Shown: positions 36,480-46,202 of the stretch, piece by piece
Position numbering within the stretch: position 1 is the stretch's first letter
Layout: the number at the start of each line of letters is the position of its first letter
Origin: Candidatus Nomurabacteria bacterium
GTDB taxonomy: Bacteria; Patescibacteriota; Minisyncoccia; Phycocordibacterales; UBA9973
Assembly (NCBI GenBank): GCA_029288805.1
Contig: JARIGO010000001.1
Span: 1 to 51,150 of the forward strand
Reading direction: 5' to 3'
DNA: 51,150 nt
Translations under genes and position numbers: made by a program
The notes under the pieces: generated by a model
Told to the model about the DNA's origin: nothing
Seen by the model: the letters and a program-made list of their open reading frames with translations, nothing else
Database searches by the model: none

Positions 36480-36998
36480 GTGAAAAAAGTACTGGTATTT
36501 CTAGCTTTTATTGTTGTTGCAAGCGTTGCATCAGCGCAGGAAATGTTCAATCCGTATCACTTTTATAATGACAATACAGCGTTAGTGATAGGCGATGGTC
36601 ATGTTCATTTTGAATATCCATTGTTCTACCATAATGACAGCATTCTGGTTCATCATGGTGTGCATTTCAGATACGATCGTTATGACAAAGAAATAAATAT
36701 GGCTGTAATGATTCGCACTCTTGAGACTAAGTATAAAAATAAGGGATTCAATATTGAAGACGGACTATCTCTTATTTATTCCTTCATCAAGGGCAATGGC
36801 ACAGTTAAGTCTGGCCAAACGCTAAACCGTAAGGGAAACTTTTTCATTATCAATGAAAATGGTAGAGCCTGGGCGATCTTAGTAGGGTGGTCTGATATCC
36901 AGCATAAATGGGCAATGCTTGCACTTGATGAAAGTGACATTAAGGGAGACGAATGGACTTATAACTGGAAATACGCCTCAGTTATTTGTAAAAATTAA
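36480..36998 (+). CDS. Hypothetical secreted protein (AT-rich)
   Basis: Signal peptide ending ASA-Q. Promoter TTGACT (36405)-16 nt-TGnTATAAT (36427). Confidence 0.75.
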   Translation: MKKVLVFLAFIVVASVASAQEMFNPYHFYNDNTALVIGDGHVHFEYPLFYHNDSILVHHGVHFRYDRYDKEINMAVMIRTLETKYKNKGFNIEDGLSLIYSFIKGNGTVKSGQTLNRKGNFFIINENGRAWAILVGWSDIQHKWAMLALDESDIKGDEWTYNWKYASVICKN

Positions 36999-37013
36999 AA
37001 AGGCGTAAAAGGC

Positions 37014-37045
37014 AAAAGGCCTTCATCATACGATGAAGGCCTTTT
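37014..37045. terminator. Bidirectional intrinsic terminator
   Basis: AAAAGGCCTTCATC-ATAC-GATGAAGGCCTTTT. Confidence 0.9.
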
Positions 37046-37055
37046 TTAGTTCTGC

Positions 37056-38165
37056 TTATTCAGCTGCTTTTTCTCCCGTATCTTCAACTTTCTGTTCACC
37101 GTAGACAAGAGTCATACGCTGTTCTTTTGGTTCGAAGAGAGTAACAGTGAATGGGTATGTTCGTCCGAGCTGAAGGGCTTCGCGAAGCTTTTCTTCAGTG
37201 CCGAATGTTGAGTGGTGGACAAGTCCAGCCACGCCTTCCTTGATGGAAACCAATGCGCCGTGCTTGTTGTATTTGATTACAACACCCTTAACAACATCGC
37301 CTTTCTTCAAAGTACTTTCGAAGGCCTTCCAAGGGTTGTCTTTCAACGCCTTGATAGAAAGTGAAATCTTACCGTCTTTGATGTCGATAATCTTTGCACG
37401 AACCTTGTCCTTCAATTTGAACATTGAGCGAGGATCTTCAACAAGTCCCCAGTCGAGTTCTGAGATGTGAACCAATCCTTCAAGACCGTCTTCGATCTTC
37501 AAGAACACACCGAAATCAACGATACCGGTTACTTCACAATCAAGCTCATCGCCAACTGCGTACTTACTGATAACTTCCTGACGCTCTTCAGGGCTCCCAT
37601 CTTTTTCAGAGAAGATAAGCTTACCGTCCTTTGGATTTGCAGAGATCATTGTCACTGCAAGCTTAGTACCGATAAGTTTCTTAAGTTCTGAAAGGATCTT
37701 GTCCTTGTCACTGTCTTCTACGCGAGGATAGTGTTCAGGCTTGAGCTGTGATGCTGGCAAGAAACCAGATACACCCTGCCAGTCAATAATAAGACCACCT
37801 TTGTTTGCATCCTTGATAGTAAGGTCAAACATAGTCTTAGACTTGATAGCAATGTCTGCTTCGTTCCAGATCAACGCCTGCTTTGCTTCCTTCAATGAAA
37901 GCTCAACATAGCCGTCTTCATTTTCAACGTCAACGACTTTTGCCTTGATGATGTCACCGATATTGGTCTTACGGATCAAGTCACGTGCCGCGATAAATTC
38001 GCGACCGTAAATGATACCTGTACCAAATGGCTTAAGGTCTACGTAAATAGCCGCTTTATCAACAGCGATTACTGGACCTTCAACGATTTCATCAAGCTGA
38101 GCACGATGAGGTTCGTTATTTGTGTCTTCTGTTGCAGTTGCAACCTTTGTTTCTTCTTCGTTCAT
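37056..38165 (-). CDS. rpsA: 30S ribosomal protein S1 (about four S1 repeats)
   Basis: Repeated S1 motifs (GFLPASQL, FGVFLKIEDGLEGLVHISEL, KISLSIK, GALV...GLVH). Start MNEEET at 38165. Confidence 0.92.
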   Translation of the reverse strand: MNEEETKVATATEDTNNEPHRAQLDEIVEGPVIAVDKAAIYVDLKPFGTGIIYGREFIAARDLIRKTNIGDIIKAKVVDVENEDGYVELSLKEAKQALIWNEADIAIKSKTMFDLTIKDANKGGLIIDWQGVSGFLPASQLKPEHYPRVEDSDKDKILSELKKLIGTKLAVTMISANPKDGKLIFSEKDGSPEERQEVISKYAVGDELDCEVTGIVDFGVFLKIEDGLEGLVHISELDWGLVEDPRSMFKLKDKVRAKIIDIKDGKISLSIKALKDNPWKAFESTLKKGDVVKGVVIKYNKHGALVSIKEGVAGLVHHSTFGTEEKLREALQLGRTYPFTVTLFEPKEQRMTLVYGEQKVEDTGEKAAE

Positions 38166-38220
38166 AATTAAAAAATGCCACCGTAAAGGTGGCATCCGCT
38201 TTCGGCGGACCACCTTTTAG
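38166..38220 (-). promoter_or_regulatory. rpsA leader with alternative terminator/antiterminator hairpins
   Basis: On the mRNA, ATGCCACC/GGTGGCAT followed by UUUUU competes with AAAGGTGG/CCACCTTT enclosing TCCGC-CGAAA-GCGGA. Confidence 0.6.
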
Positions 38221-38356
38221 ATTTTCTTCAGCGTTTGGTGCCTGAGGAAGGTTATTCCAAAAGGGAATGGCTAATACTCTATATATTTGAGTGGCATTAC
38301 ATTACCATATATATGTATGTTTGGCTAGCATGCCAGTTTTTTGGTATAGTACAACC

Positions 38357-38992
38357 ATGGTTATTACGTATTTCGGCAAATCTTATTTTAAACTGACATT
38401 AGGAGATCTTACTATTGCTATTAATCCTCCTGCAAAGGACAGCAAGGCATTTACAAAAGTGCCACGTTTTGGTGCCGACATAGCGCTTGTTACTACCAAT
38501 ACTATTGATACCAATGGTGTAGATACTGTTTCTTTGGGAGATAAGGAGCCGTTTGTTATGGATGGTCCGGGCAACTACGAAGTACGTGAATTGATGTTTA
38601 CTGGTGCTCCAAGTACCACTACTGTTGCAGGCAAGGAATATCAGAACACTGTATTTGGCTTTGAGCTTGATGGTATTAAAATTGTTTTCCTCGGCTTGCT
38701 CGTTGATGACAAGATGATGTCTTCAGAAGCAAAGGAGCTAGCTTCAAATGCAGACATGATTTTTGTACCAGTTGGTGGAGACCTTGATCTTACTCCCGCA
38801 AAGGCATACAAGACTGCGGTGTCATTTGATCCTAACGTTATCGTTCCATATGAATACAATGCCGCAACATTGCAGCAGTTTCTTAAGGAAGGAGGACAGG
38901 ATAAAAACAAGGCCGAAGAAAAAGCTACCCTAAAGCGCAAGGATCTTGATGGCAAGGAAGGATATATTTTGCTATTAGAAGCCCAAGGATAA
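38357..38992 (+). CDS. MBL-fold metallo-hydrolase-like protein (Lactamase_B_3 type)
   Basis: ITYFGKSYFKL, IAINP, DGPGNYEVR, VPVGG, AYKTAVSFDPNVIVP. Start ATG 38357, 6 nt after TGnTATAGT. Confidence 0.75.
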   Translation: MVITYFGKSYFKLTLGDLTIAINPPAKDSKAFTKVPRFGADIALVTTNTIDTNGVDTVSLGDKEPFVMDGPGNYEVRELMFTGAPSTTTVAGKEYQNTVFGFELDGIKIVFLGLLVDDKMMSSEAKELASNADMIFVPVGGDLDLTPAKAYKTAVSFDPNVIVPYEYNAATLQQFLKEGGQDKNKAEEKATLKRKDLDGKEGYILLLEAQG

Positions 38993-38995
38993 ACA

Positions 38996-39199
38996 ATGAA
39001 ATTCCTCCAAGGAAAACCGCTTCATATTCGTAAACGTATTGCTGCTATGTGGACGGGCGGTATTGCTATCGTCCTCATACTGCTCATGGTGTACAGCTAT
39101 AGTCATCCTCAGCAGGTTACTCGAGACCCAGAACGGGGAATTATGAATGGTTACACCATAGTTCTTGGGAAAATCCAATCGCTTTTTCATCGAAAATAA
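38996..39199 (+). CDS. Small single-TM hypothetical protein
   Basis: Fills the gap between the MBL gene and gyrA, with one TM segment. Confidence 0.7.
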   Translation: MKFLQGKPLHIRKRIAAMWTGGIAIVLILLMVYSYSHPQQVTRDPERGIMNGYTIVLGKIQSLFHRK

Positions 39200-39218
39200 G
39201 CTATAATATAGATACTAT

Positions 39219-41678
39219 ATGGCTAAAAAAGATACAGCCGCACAGGCAGTCCCAACAGAACCGCGTCAAAGCGTTATAGCGGTTAATATCGTAAAGGAAA
39301 TGCGTGAGTCTTTTATTGACTATGCCATGTCAGTTATTACTGACCGTGCGCTTCCTGATGTTCGTGACGGTTTGAAACCAGTGCACCGACGTATTTTGTA
39401 TTCAATGTATGAAAACGGTCTCACTGCTACCGCAAAGTTTCGTAAGAGTGCAACCGTAGTCGGTGATGTGCTTGGTAAGTATCACCCTCATGGTGATAGT
39501 TCTGTGTATGAAGCCATGGTAAAAATGGCGCAGGATTTCTCAATGCGCTATCCGTTGATCCAGGGTCAGGGTAACTTCGGTTCCATTGACGGAGACCCGG
39601 CTGCTGCGATGCGTTACACCGAGGCTCGCATGTCTAAGATCACTACTGAGCTTTTGCGCGATCTCGAAAAAGACACTGTAGACTTCCGTCCAAACTATGA
39701 CGCCAGTCGCAAGGAGCCATCAGTACTTCCTGCTGCCGTACCAAACCTATTGCTTAACGGTACGCTTGGTATTGCCGTGGGTATGGCAACCAATATTCCT
39801 CCACACAACCTCGGAGAAATCATCGATGCCTGTCTTCATCTTATAGAGAACGATAATGCTACGAATGAAGACCTCGCTGAAATTGTGCAAGGTCCGGATT
39901 TCCCAACAGGAGGTTTGGCATTTAACAAAGCAGATATTTTGCATGCTTCTTCTACTGGACGTGGAGGAGTGGTGTGTCGTGGTGAAGCTGAAATTGCAGA
40001 ACTAAAAAACGGCTCATACCAAATCACTGTTACTTCATTGCCATACCAGGTAAACAAGGCAACATTCGTTGAATCAATCGCAAGTTTGGTGCAGGAAAAG
40101 AAGCTGGAAGGCATCAAGGCATTGGACGAGCTTTCTACCAAGGACATGCGCGTGGTTATTACGCTTAAGGCAGGCGTTAATCCGCAAAAGGTCCTCAACT
40201 TTTTATACAAGCATACGCAGCTCGAACAGACATTCCACTACAACATGGTGGCGCTCGTAGATGGTGTACCACAGACACTTTCAATGAAGTCTATTTTGAC
40301 TGCATTCATTGCGCACCGCGAAGTCGTCATTCGTCGTCGTACTGCATTTGACCTGCAGAAGGCAAAAGACCGTGAGCACATTTTGCTTGGTTTGAAGAAG
40401 GCGCTTGATCATATCGATCGCGTTATCACTATCATCCGTGAATCAAAGGATGCTGCTGTTGCAAAGGTAAACTTGATCAAGGAATTTAAGTTCTCTGATT
40501 TGCAAACAACCGCTATTTTGGAAATGCGTTTGCAAAAGCTTGCTGGTCTTGAACGCAAGGCTGTAGAACTCGAACTCAAAGAGAAGCAGGATCTCATTGC
40601 AGAGCTTGAAGCATTGCTTGCAAGTACAAAGAAAATTTTCAAGGTTATCTCTACTGAACTTTCTGAAATCCGTGAGAAGTATGCCGATGAACGCAGAACA
40701 AAGATCGTAAGCAGTGGCAATAAGGTCATTTCCGATGAAGACCTTATTCCAGAAAAGGATTCTGTGTTGGTATTTACTGCTGGTGGCTACGTGAAGCGCA
40801 CTGATCCAACAGAATACAAGATCCAAAAGCGTGGCGGTGTTGGTGTTGTTGATCTTGAAACAAAGGAAGAAGACTTCGTTACTATTTTGCTGACAACTGA
40901 TACGCACAGTGACTTGCTCTTCTTCACCAATCGTGGAAAGGCATATCAGATTAAGATGTATGAGCTTCCAGAAGGAAAGCGTGCTACCAAAGGTAAATCC
41001 ATCATGAACTTCTTGTCACTTGCGGGAGACGAAAAGGTGACATCTATTCTTGCCGTGCCAAAGAAATTGAAAGAGGAAAAAGCATCATTGATGCTCGTAA
41101 CAAAACAGGGAACTGCAAAGAAGATTTCATACGATAGTTTCAAGGATGTTCGTCGCAGCGGTATCATCGCCATTCGTCTTGAAGACAATGATGAGCTTGA
41201 AGCGGTATTGCGCGTACAAAAAGGCAGTAGTGTCATTTTGGCAACGTCACTCGGCCAGTCTATTCGCTTCGATGAGTCAGATATCCGTGAAATGGGACGC
41301 ACCGCTGCAGGTGTTCGTGCCATGAAGCTCGGTAAGGGAGATGTCATCATCGGTGCTGATGTTGTGACAACTGAAGACAATACATTCGTGCTCGCTATGA
41401 GTGCCAGTGGTATCGGAAAGAAAACTGCCATGAGTGAATACAAGATTCAAAAGCGCGGCGGTTCTGGTATCAAGACTACAAAGGTTACTGCCAAAACTGG
41501 TAACCTTATGGTGGGTAAAGTGGTGCAGAACGATATGGAGCTTGTGGCTATGTCAAAGAAAGGCCAAGTCATCCGCGTTGACCTCAACACCGTCCCTTCA
41601 AGTGGCCGCCAAACACAAGGCGTGACCATCATGAAGTTGCGCGCAGGAGATTCTCTCGCATCTGTTACCTGTCTCTAA
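39219..41678 (+). CDS. gyrA: DNA gyrase subunit A
   Basis: [34 protein letters not shown] (catalytic Tyr), GyrA-box QKRGGVG, and beta-pinwheel repeats. Confidence 0.98.
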   Translation: MAKKDTAAQAVPTEPRQSVIAVNIVKEMRESFIDYAMSVITDRALPDVRDGLKPVHRRILYSMYENGLTATAKFRKSATVVGDVLGKYHPHGDSSVYEAMVKMAQDFSMRYPLIQGQGNFGSIDGDPAAAMRYTEARMSKITTELLRDLEKDTVDFRPNYDASRKEPSVLPAAVPNLLLNGTLGIAVGMATNIPPHNLGEIIDACLHLIENDNATNEDLAEIVQGPDFPTGGLAFNKADILHASSTGRGGVVCRGEAEIAELKNGSYQITVTSLPYQVNKATFVESIASLVQEKKLEGIKALDELSTKDMRVVITLKAGVNPQKVLNFLYKHTQLEQTFHYNMVALVDGVPQTLSMKSILTAFIAHREVVIRRRTAFDLQKAKDREHILLGLKKALDHIDRVITIIRESKDAAVAKVNLIKEFKFSDLQTTAILEMRLQKLAGLERKAVELELKEKQDLIAELEALLASTKKIFKVISTELSEIREKYADERRTKIVSSGNKVISDEDLIPEKDSVLVFTAGGYVKRTDPTEYKIQKRGGVGVVDLETKEEDFVTILLTTDTHSDLLFFTNRGKAYQIKMYELPEGKRATKGKSIMNFLSLAGDEKVTSILAVPKKLKEEKASLMLVTKQGTAKKISYDSFKDVRRSGIIAIRLEDNDELEAVLRVQKGSSVILATSLGQSIRFDESDIREMGRTAAGVRAMKLGKGDVIIGADVVTTEDNTFVLAMSASGIGKKTAMSEYKIQKRGGSGIKTTKVTAKTGNLMVGKVVQNDMELVAMSKKGQVIRVDLNTVPSSGRQTQGVTIMKLRAGDSLASVTCL

Positions 41679-41683
41679 AAAAT

Positions 41684-41723
41684 AAAAAAGTATTCCTGGA
41701 GCAGGCTCTCGGAATACTTTTTT
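41684..41723 (+). terminator. Intrinsic terminator
   Basis: AAAAAAGTATTCC...GGAATACTTTTTT. Confidence 0.75.
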
Positions 41724-41778
41724 ATTTTTTCTTCGACAAACGATAGCTTCGAATATATATTCACGTTATACTTATTGC

Positions 41779-42303
41779 ATGTTCATGGATCCTGTCAAAG
41801 TATTGGCGGCTTGTAATATACAGTCAACAAATACCATCGCTGATTTTGGGGCCGGTAGTGGTTTCGTATCACGAGCTGCCGCGACACTTGCACCGCAAGG
41901 ACAGGTCTTTGCTATTGAAATCAATCGCGAGCTTGTAACCCGTCTTACTCGCGAAGTGCAAGAGCATACTGTACCCAACCTTCATGTCCTATGGGGAGAC
42001 GTAGAAATTCCTGAAGGAACAAAATTGGCAAAAGAAAGTGTTGATATCGTTCTATGCTTTAACGTGCTGTTCATGCTTGATGACAAAGCTGGTGTAGCAA
42101 AGGAAGCCTATCGCGTATTGAAACCCGGTGGAAAAATTTTGGTGGCTGACTGGACTGAATCATTCGGGGGATTAGGGCCACGACCGCACCACATCTTTAC
42201 GCAAGCAGCAGCTGAAACACTATTAACGAGTGTCGGATTTAAGAAATTAAATGGCAATATACCGGCAGGTGAGCATCACTATGGTATACTTTTTGAGAAA
42301 TAA
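41779..42303 (+). CDS. Class I SAM-dependent methyltransferase
   Basis: IADFGAGSG, RVLKPGGKILVADW. Confidence 0.9.
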   Translation: MFMDPVKVLAACNIQSTNTIADFGAGSGFVSRAAATLAPQGQVFAIEINRELVTRLTREVQEHTVPNLHVLWGDVEIPEGTKLAKESVDIVLCFNVLFMLDDKAGVAKEAYRVLKPGGKILVADWTESFGGLGPRPHHIFTQAAAETLLTSVGFKKLNGNIPAGEHHYGILFEK

Positions 42304-42311
42304 ATAACGGT

Positions 42312-43631
42312 ATGAAATTCTCATTCCAAACTATTCTCATCATTGTATTCATCATCGGCTTTGTAGTTGCTGTTGCTATTTTCTCGGGGCTGTTTTCAGG
42401 CTCATCATCAAAAACAACTTCTAGCACCCCAAGTGGCACCGTCGTGGTCTGGGGTATCGAACCAGTGGAAGAAATGCAAAAATACATCGATACTTTTAAT
42501 GATCAAAATTACGGGTACACGCTTTCATACTCATATCACAGTCCGGCAAACTTTTATCAAGACCTTATCACTACGCTCGCTAATGGCCAATCACCAGATC
42601 TTGTACTGATTTCTTCAGAGCAGTATTCTCAGTTGGGAAACAAACTCTACACTATTCCGTTCACCGCATATCCTGAGCGACAGTTTCGTGATGACAACAT
42701 AGACGGCGCACAGCTCTTTCTTACAAGCACGGGAGTGTCCGCCTTGCCATTGGTAGTTGATCCAATGGTGGCGTATTACAACAAGGACTTACTTGCTGCC
42801 AAAAATTTCGTAACAGTACCGACAACATGGGACAATCTCCAAGCCGCAGTGCCAATTCTTACAAAGAAGGATAGCAAGAACCAACTTACTCAGAGCACCA
42901 TTGCTCTTGGTGAAGCTGATAACATTCTCCATGCTCGAGACATTCTTTCTACATTGTTCCTGCAAACCGGTAACAGTATCGTTTCGTATGACGCAAGTAC
43001 TCAGTCCAATACAGTTAAGCTTGCCAATAGTAGCGCTTCAGCAGAAGCAGGAGATGCTTTGCCATCAGTACAGGCGCTGGATTTTTATACTAGTTTCTCG
43101 AACCCTACCAGCAGTTCATACAGTTGGAACAGCGCGTTGCCGGAAAGCTTGCAGAATTTCCTAGCGGGGAATTCAGCGTTTTATCTTGGGCGCGCCAGTG
43201 AGCTTTTCACCATACAGCAGCAAAATCCAAACCTGAACTTTGATGTCACGCAAATGTTCCAAAGCAGTTCCGCTACTCGACCGATTACATTCGGCTCATT
43301 CCTTGCTGTCGGCATCATGGCCAAGGCTCCGAATGCCGCAGCGGCAAATGCCGCAGCCTTGGAAATGGCCAGTGCCACTAACATCGATGCATTATCAAAG
43401 ACGTTGTCATTGCCGCCGGTACGACGCGATCTCTTGCAGGTGACTCAGAGTAATCCCTACGTTACTGTTTTCTTCCAAGCAGCATTGTCATCATTCGCGT
43501 GGGCTGATCCCAATCCAGCTAGTACCAACCAGATATTCCGTGATATGATTAATAACGTAAACAGTAACACTACTGACACGCAAACAGCCATTTATGATGC
43601 GACGCAAGCACTTCAATCAAGCATTCAGTAA
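42312..43631 (+). CDS. Membrane-anchored extracellular solute-binding protein (sugar-binding family)
   Basis: N-terminal TM, VVVWG, PDLVLI, PLVVDPMVAYYNKDLL, F..G.SAFYLG. Confidence 0.8.
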   Translation: MKFSFQTILIIVFIIGFVVAVAIFSGLFSGSSSKTTSSTPSGTVVVWGIEPVEEMQKYIDTFNDQNYGYTLSYSYHSPANFYQDLITTLANGQSPDLVLISSEQYSQLGNKLYTIPFTAYPERQFRDDNIDGAQLFLTSTGVSALPLVVDPMVAYYNKDLLAAKNFVTVPTTWDNLQAAVPILTKKDSKNQLTQSTIALGEADNILHARDILSTLFLQTGNSIVSYDASTQSNTVKLANSSASAEAGDALPSVQALDFYTSFSNPTSSSYSWNSALPESLQNFLAGNSAFYLGRASELFTIQQQNPNLNFDVTQMFQSSSATRPITFGSFLAVGIMAKAPNAAAANAAALEMASATNIDALSKTLSLPPVRRDLLQVTQSNPYVTVFFQAALSSFAWADPNPASTNQIFRDMINNVNSNTTDTQTAIYDATQALQSSIQ

Positions 43632-43992
43632 GCTCGTAGCATACGGCGCTGTTTGCTCACTACTTTTTGTACAAGCTGCCAACGCTCAAGCTTCGGGTCT
43701 TATTCCGTGTGATGGCGATGACTGCAGCCTCAACTCCGTCATGCAGCTGATCAATACGCTCATGAACTTCTTTTTTAAAACATTGCTCCTGCCGTTGTTC
43801 GTATTTATGGTCCTGTATCTTGGATACAGCTATATCACTGCCCAGGGCAAGCCCGGCATGCACGCCAAGCTCGGCAGCATGGCAAAGCATATGGTTGGGG
43901 GATTGGTGCTGATGCTCTGCGCATGGCTTATTGTTAAGACCATACTCGTTATCCTCGGATATAACGATACCTTCGGGTTTTTTAATAGTTAA
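43594..43992 (+). CDS. TrbC/VirB2-like pilin 1
   Basis: Signal, LIPCDGDDC, two TMs, GLVLMLCAWLIVKTI. Confidence 0.75.
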   Translation: MMRRKHFNQAFSKLVAYGAVCSLLFVQAANAQASGLIPCDGDDCSLNSVMQLINTLMNFFFKTLLLPLFVFMVLYLGYSYITAQGKPGMHAKLGSMAKHMVGGLVLMLCAWLIVKTILVILGYNDTFGFFNS

Positions 43993-44003
43993 TACGTTAT
44001 ACT

Positions 44004-44480
44004 ATGAAGGTCATGAGAAAATCATTTTTGGTATTAATCGCACTGTTTTTTGTACTCGGTACCAGTCTGCCTGCGTCATTAGCGTACGGAGACAGTTCTG
44101 CTTCACCATTAAATGGCAACCCTACTAATCCTTCCACAGCTTCACCATTAAACGGTACGGGCAACGCTGCTACTCAGCAACCTGCTGGCCAGCCTTTGAA
44201 CATCCATCTCACCAATCCACTTGCCGGATCAGGTGTTACTGACATTCCTTCAGCAGTAAACAAGATCCTGACGGTAGTCATTAAGATTGCATTACCACTC
44301 ATCATCATTATGTTCATCTGGTCAGGTATTACCTTCATCTTTGCACGTGGTAATCCTAAGAAACTTGAGGATGCAAAGAGAATGTTCCTCTATACCATTA
44401 TCGGTACGTTGCTCATTCTCGGAGCATGGACCATTACTAACGCCCTTATCGGAACAGTTAATTCAATCATCACCCCATAA
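44004..44480 (+). CDS. TrbC/VirB2-like pilin 2 (start possibly 44013)
   Basis: LTNPL, IWSGITFIFARGNPKKLEDAK, IIGTLLILGAWTI. Confidence 0.85.
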   Translation: MKVMRKSFLVLIALFFVLGTSLPASLAYGDSSASPLNGNPTNPSTASPLNGTGNAATQQPAGQPLNIHLTNPLAGSGVTDIPSAVNKILTVVIKIALPLIIIMFIWSGITFIFARGNPKKLEDAKRMFLYTIIGTLLILGAWTITNALIGTVNSIITP

Positions 44481-44481
44481 T

Positions 44482-45324
44482 ATGAAATATTTTTTCGCCA
44501 CACTTACTTCCTTTGCATTGTTGTTCTCAGCTGCCATCGCTCATGCTGATGACATAAATTACACACCACCGACTGCCAGTCAGGTTATTCAGCAGTCTGA
44601 CTGTTCAGCAACCAATGTCGTTACCTCAACCTGTTATGAACGAATGTGTACCGGCCAATCAAATGAAGACTCTGTATCCTGTAACAATTTTGCCTCAACA
44701 TGGACCTCATCAAACAATCCAGACAACCCTCAGTGCTACAGTATCGGACCAACCAATGAGGATCAGTGCTGTCCAAACGGAGAAAGCGACTCACCGATAT
44801 GCGCAGCGTATGATACATACACTGATCGCGACGCTACAACTGAGGCGTACAGCAGAACCGTCATAGGTCAGGTGGGAAGTGGTACTCAAAATACCAACCC
44901 TGTAAATAATGCGTACTCTAATGGAGAGGGTAATCCATCATTAACCATTCCTACATACGATGCCGCTGCAGCAACGTCATGTTCCAACGTGAAGTTTACC
45001 AACCTTCTTAATATTGCGATCTGGGCGAAATGCATCATCGGTGTCATTATCATACCGGGCATATTCACGCTTGCCTTCGTAGTGTTCCTGTGGGGAGTAT
45101 TCAAGTTTATTCGTGCTTCAGAGGAAAAGGACAAGCAAGCAGGGAAGCAGTTCATTTATATGGGGCTCATCGGGCTATTTATCATGGTGGCCGTATGGGG
45201 CATTATCAACATTGCAATCAAAACCCTCGGTTTCAACTCGGTGGTACCGACCCTGCAGACCGACTATCTCAGCCCAAGTAGTGCCACCGCTATGCCTACT
45301 AGTACCTCTACCGGCACCAATTAA
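44482..45324 (+). CDS. TrbC/VirB2-like pilin 3 with Cys-rich N-terminal extension
   Basis: Signal AHA-D, 8-Cys domain, then VFLWGVFKFI...GLIGLFIMVAVWGII. Confidence 0.8.
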   Translation: MKYFFATLTSFALLFSAAIAHADDINYTPPTASQVIQQSDCSATNVVTSTCYERMCTGQSNEDSVSCNNFASTWTSSNNPDNPQCYSIGPTNEDQCCPNGESDSPICAAYDTYTDRDATTEAYSRTVIGQVGSGTQNTNPVNNAYSNGEGNPSLTIPTYDAAAATSCSNVKFTNLLNIAIWAKCIIGVIIIPGIFTLAFVVFLWGVFKFIRASEEKDKQAGKQFIYMGLIGLFIMVAVWGIINIAIKTLGFNSVVPTLQTDYLSPSSATAMPTSTSTGTN

Positions 45325-45399
45325 TTAACAGTTGTTTTGGATAGTTCCGTGATATACTAAAATTACCTGTATATTAACCAGGAAGTTAAATAATTAATT

Positions 45400-45801
45400 A
45401 TGAAAAAAATTTTTACTGTTAGTACACTTTCAGCGCTGCTCTTGCCAGCATTTGCATTTGCGCAAGATTTTACATACGTAAACTCATGGCTTACAGAAGG
45501 TTTGACCTTGCTACGTTTGGCGATCACTGTTATCACCATTTTGATGACCGTGTACTTCTTGTACAACGTGTTGCGCTTTATCATGAACAAGGATCCAGCA
45601 AAGTCAGCCGATCTTCGCAAGATTATGATCAATGGCTTGATCGGTCTCTTTATCTCAGTTGCTGTGTGGGGCATCATTGGTCTCGCAAGTCGCGTCACTG
45701 GTGTTAACAACAACGCATCACCTAATATCACTTGCCCTCCTGGACTTGATTACAATACTACCACTGGTACTTGCGGAACTAATGGGGGTACATTGCGCTA
45801 A
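45400..45801 (+). CDS. TrbC/VirB2-like pilin 4
   Basis: Signal AFA-Q, GLIGLFISVAVWGII, C-terminal C-x9-C. Confidence 0.85.
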   Translation: MKKIFTVSTLSALLLPAFAFAQDFTYVNSWLTEGLTLLRLAITVITILMTVYFLYNVLRFIMNKDPAKSADLRKIMINGLIGLFISVAVWGIIGLASRVTGVNNNASPNITCPPGLDYNTTTGTCGTNGGTLR

Positions 45802-45815
45802 TTACACTGTTTGAA

Positions 45816-46145
45816 ATGTTTGCCTACGCGGATGGATTTGACAAAGTATTAAACAGGATAAATGCCAACATCATTAACCCTGTTATTGAGTTTGCCTTTA
45901 TCATTGCTACTGTGGTTTTCCTTTGGGGAGTCTTCCAGTTCATTCGTAATGCTGGGGATGAAACCAAGCGTCAGGAAGGGAAAGATCATATCCTCTGGGG
46001 CATCGTGGGATTTCTCATTATGTTCGGTGTCTATGGCATCATCAACATACTGGCCAATACTATCGATGTCAGTGGCTTGACTCTTAAACAAGGCCAGCAA
46101 ACGTTTACTCCTCCTCCTATACAAAGTATTACGGTGCCGAAATAA
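45816..46145 (+). CDS. TrbC/VirB2-like pilin 5
   Basis: VFLWGVFQFI...GKDHILWGIVGFLIMFGVYGII. Confidence 0.85.
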   Translation: MFAYADGFDKVLNRINANIINPVIEFAFIIATVVFLWGVFQFIRNAGDETKRQEGKDHILWGIVGFLIMFGVYGIINILANTIDVSGLTLKQGQQTFTPPPIQSITVPK

Positions 46146-46157
46146 CCTGAAATAAAA

Positions 46158-46186
46158 AAAGCCCTCTCACAAAGTGAGAGGGCTTT
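46158..46186. terminator. Bidirectional intrinsic terminator
   Basis: AAAGCCCTCTCAC-AAA-GTGAGAGGGCTTT. Confidence 0.85.
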
Positions 46187-46202
46187 GGCTTTGCAAGGAA
46201 CG

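Noticed and set aside
2623-41678. Inteins or introns in nrdA, dnaE or gyrA (common insertion hosts)
   Set aside because: Lengths are normal or short, conserved motifs are contiguous, and no C-...-HN-C/S/T junctions are seen.
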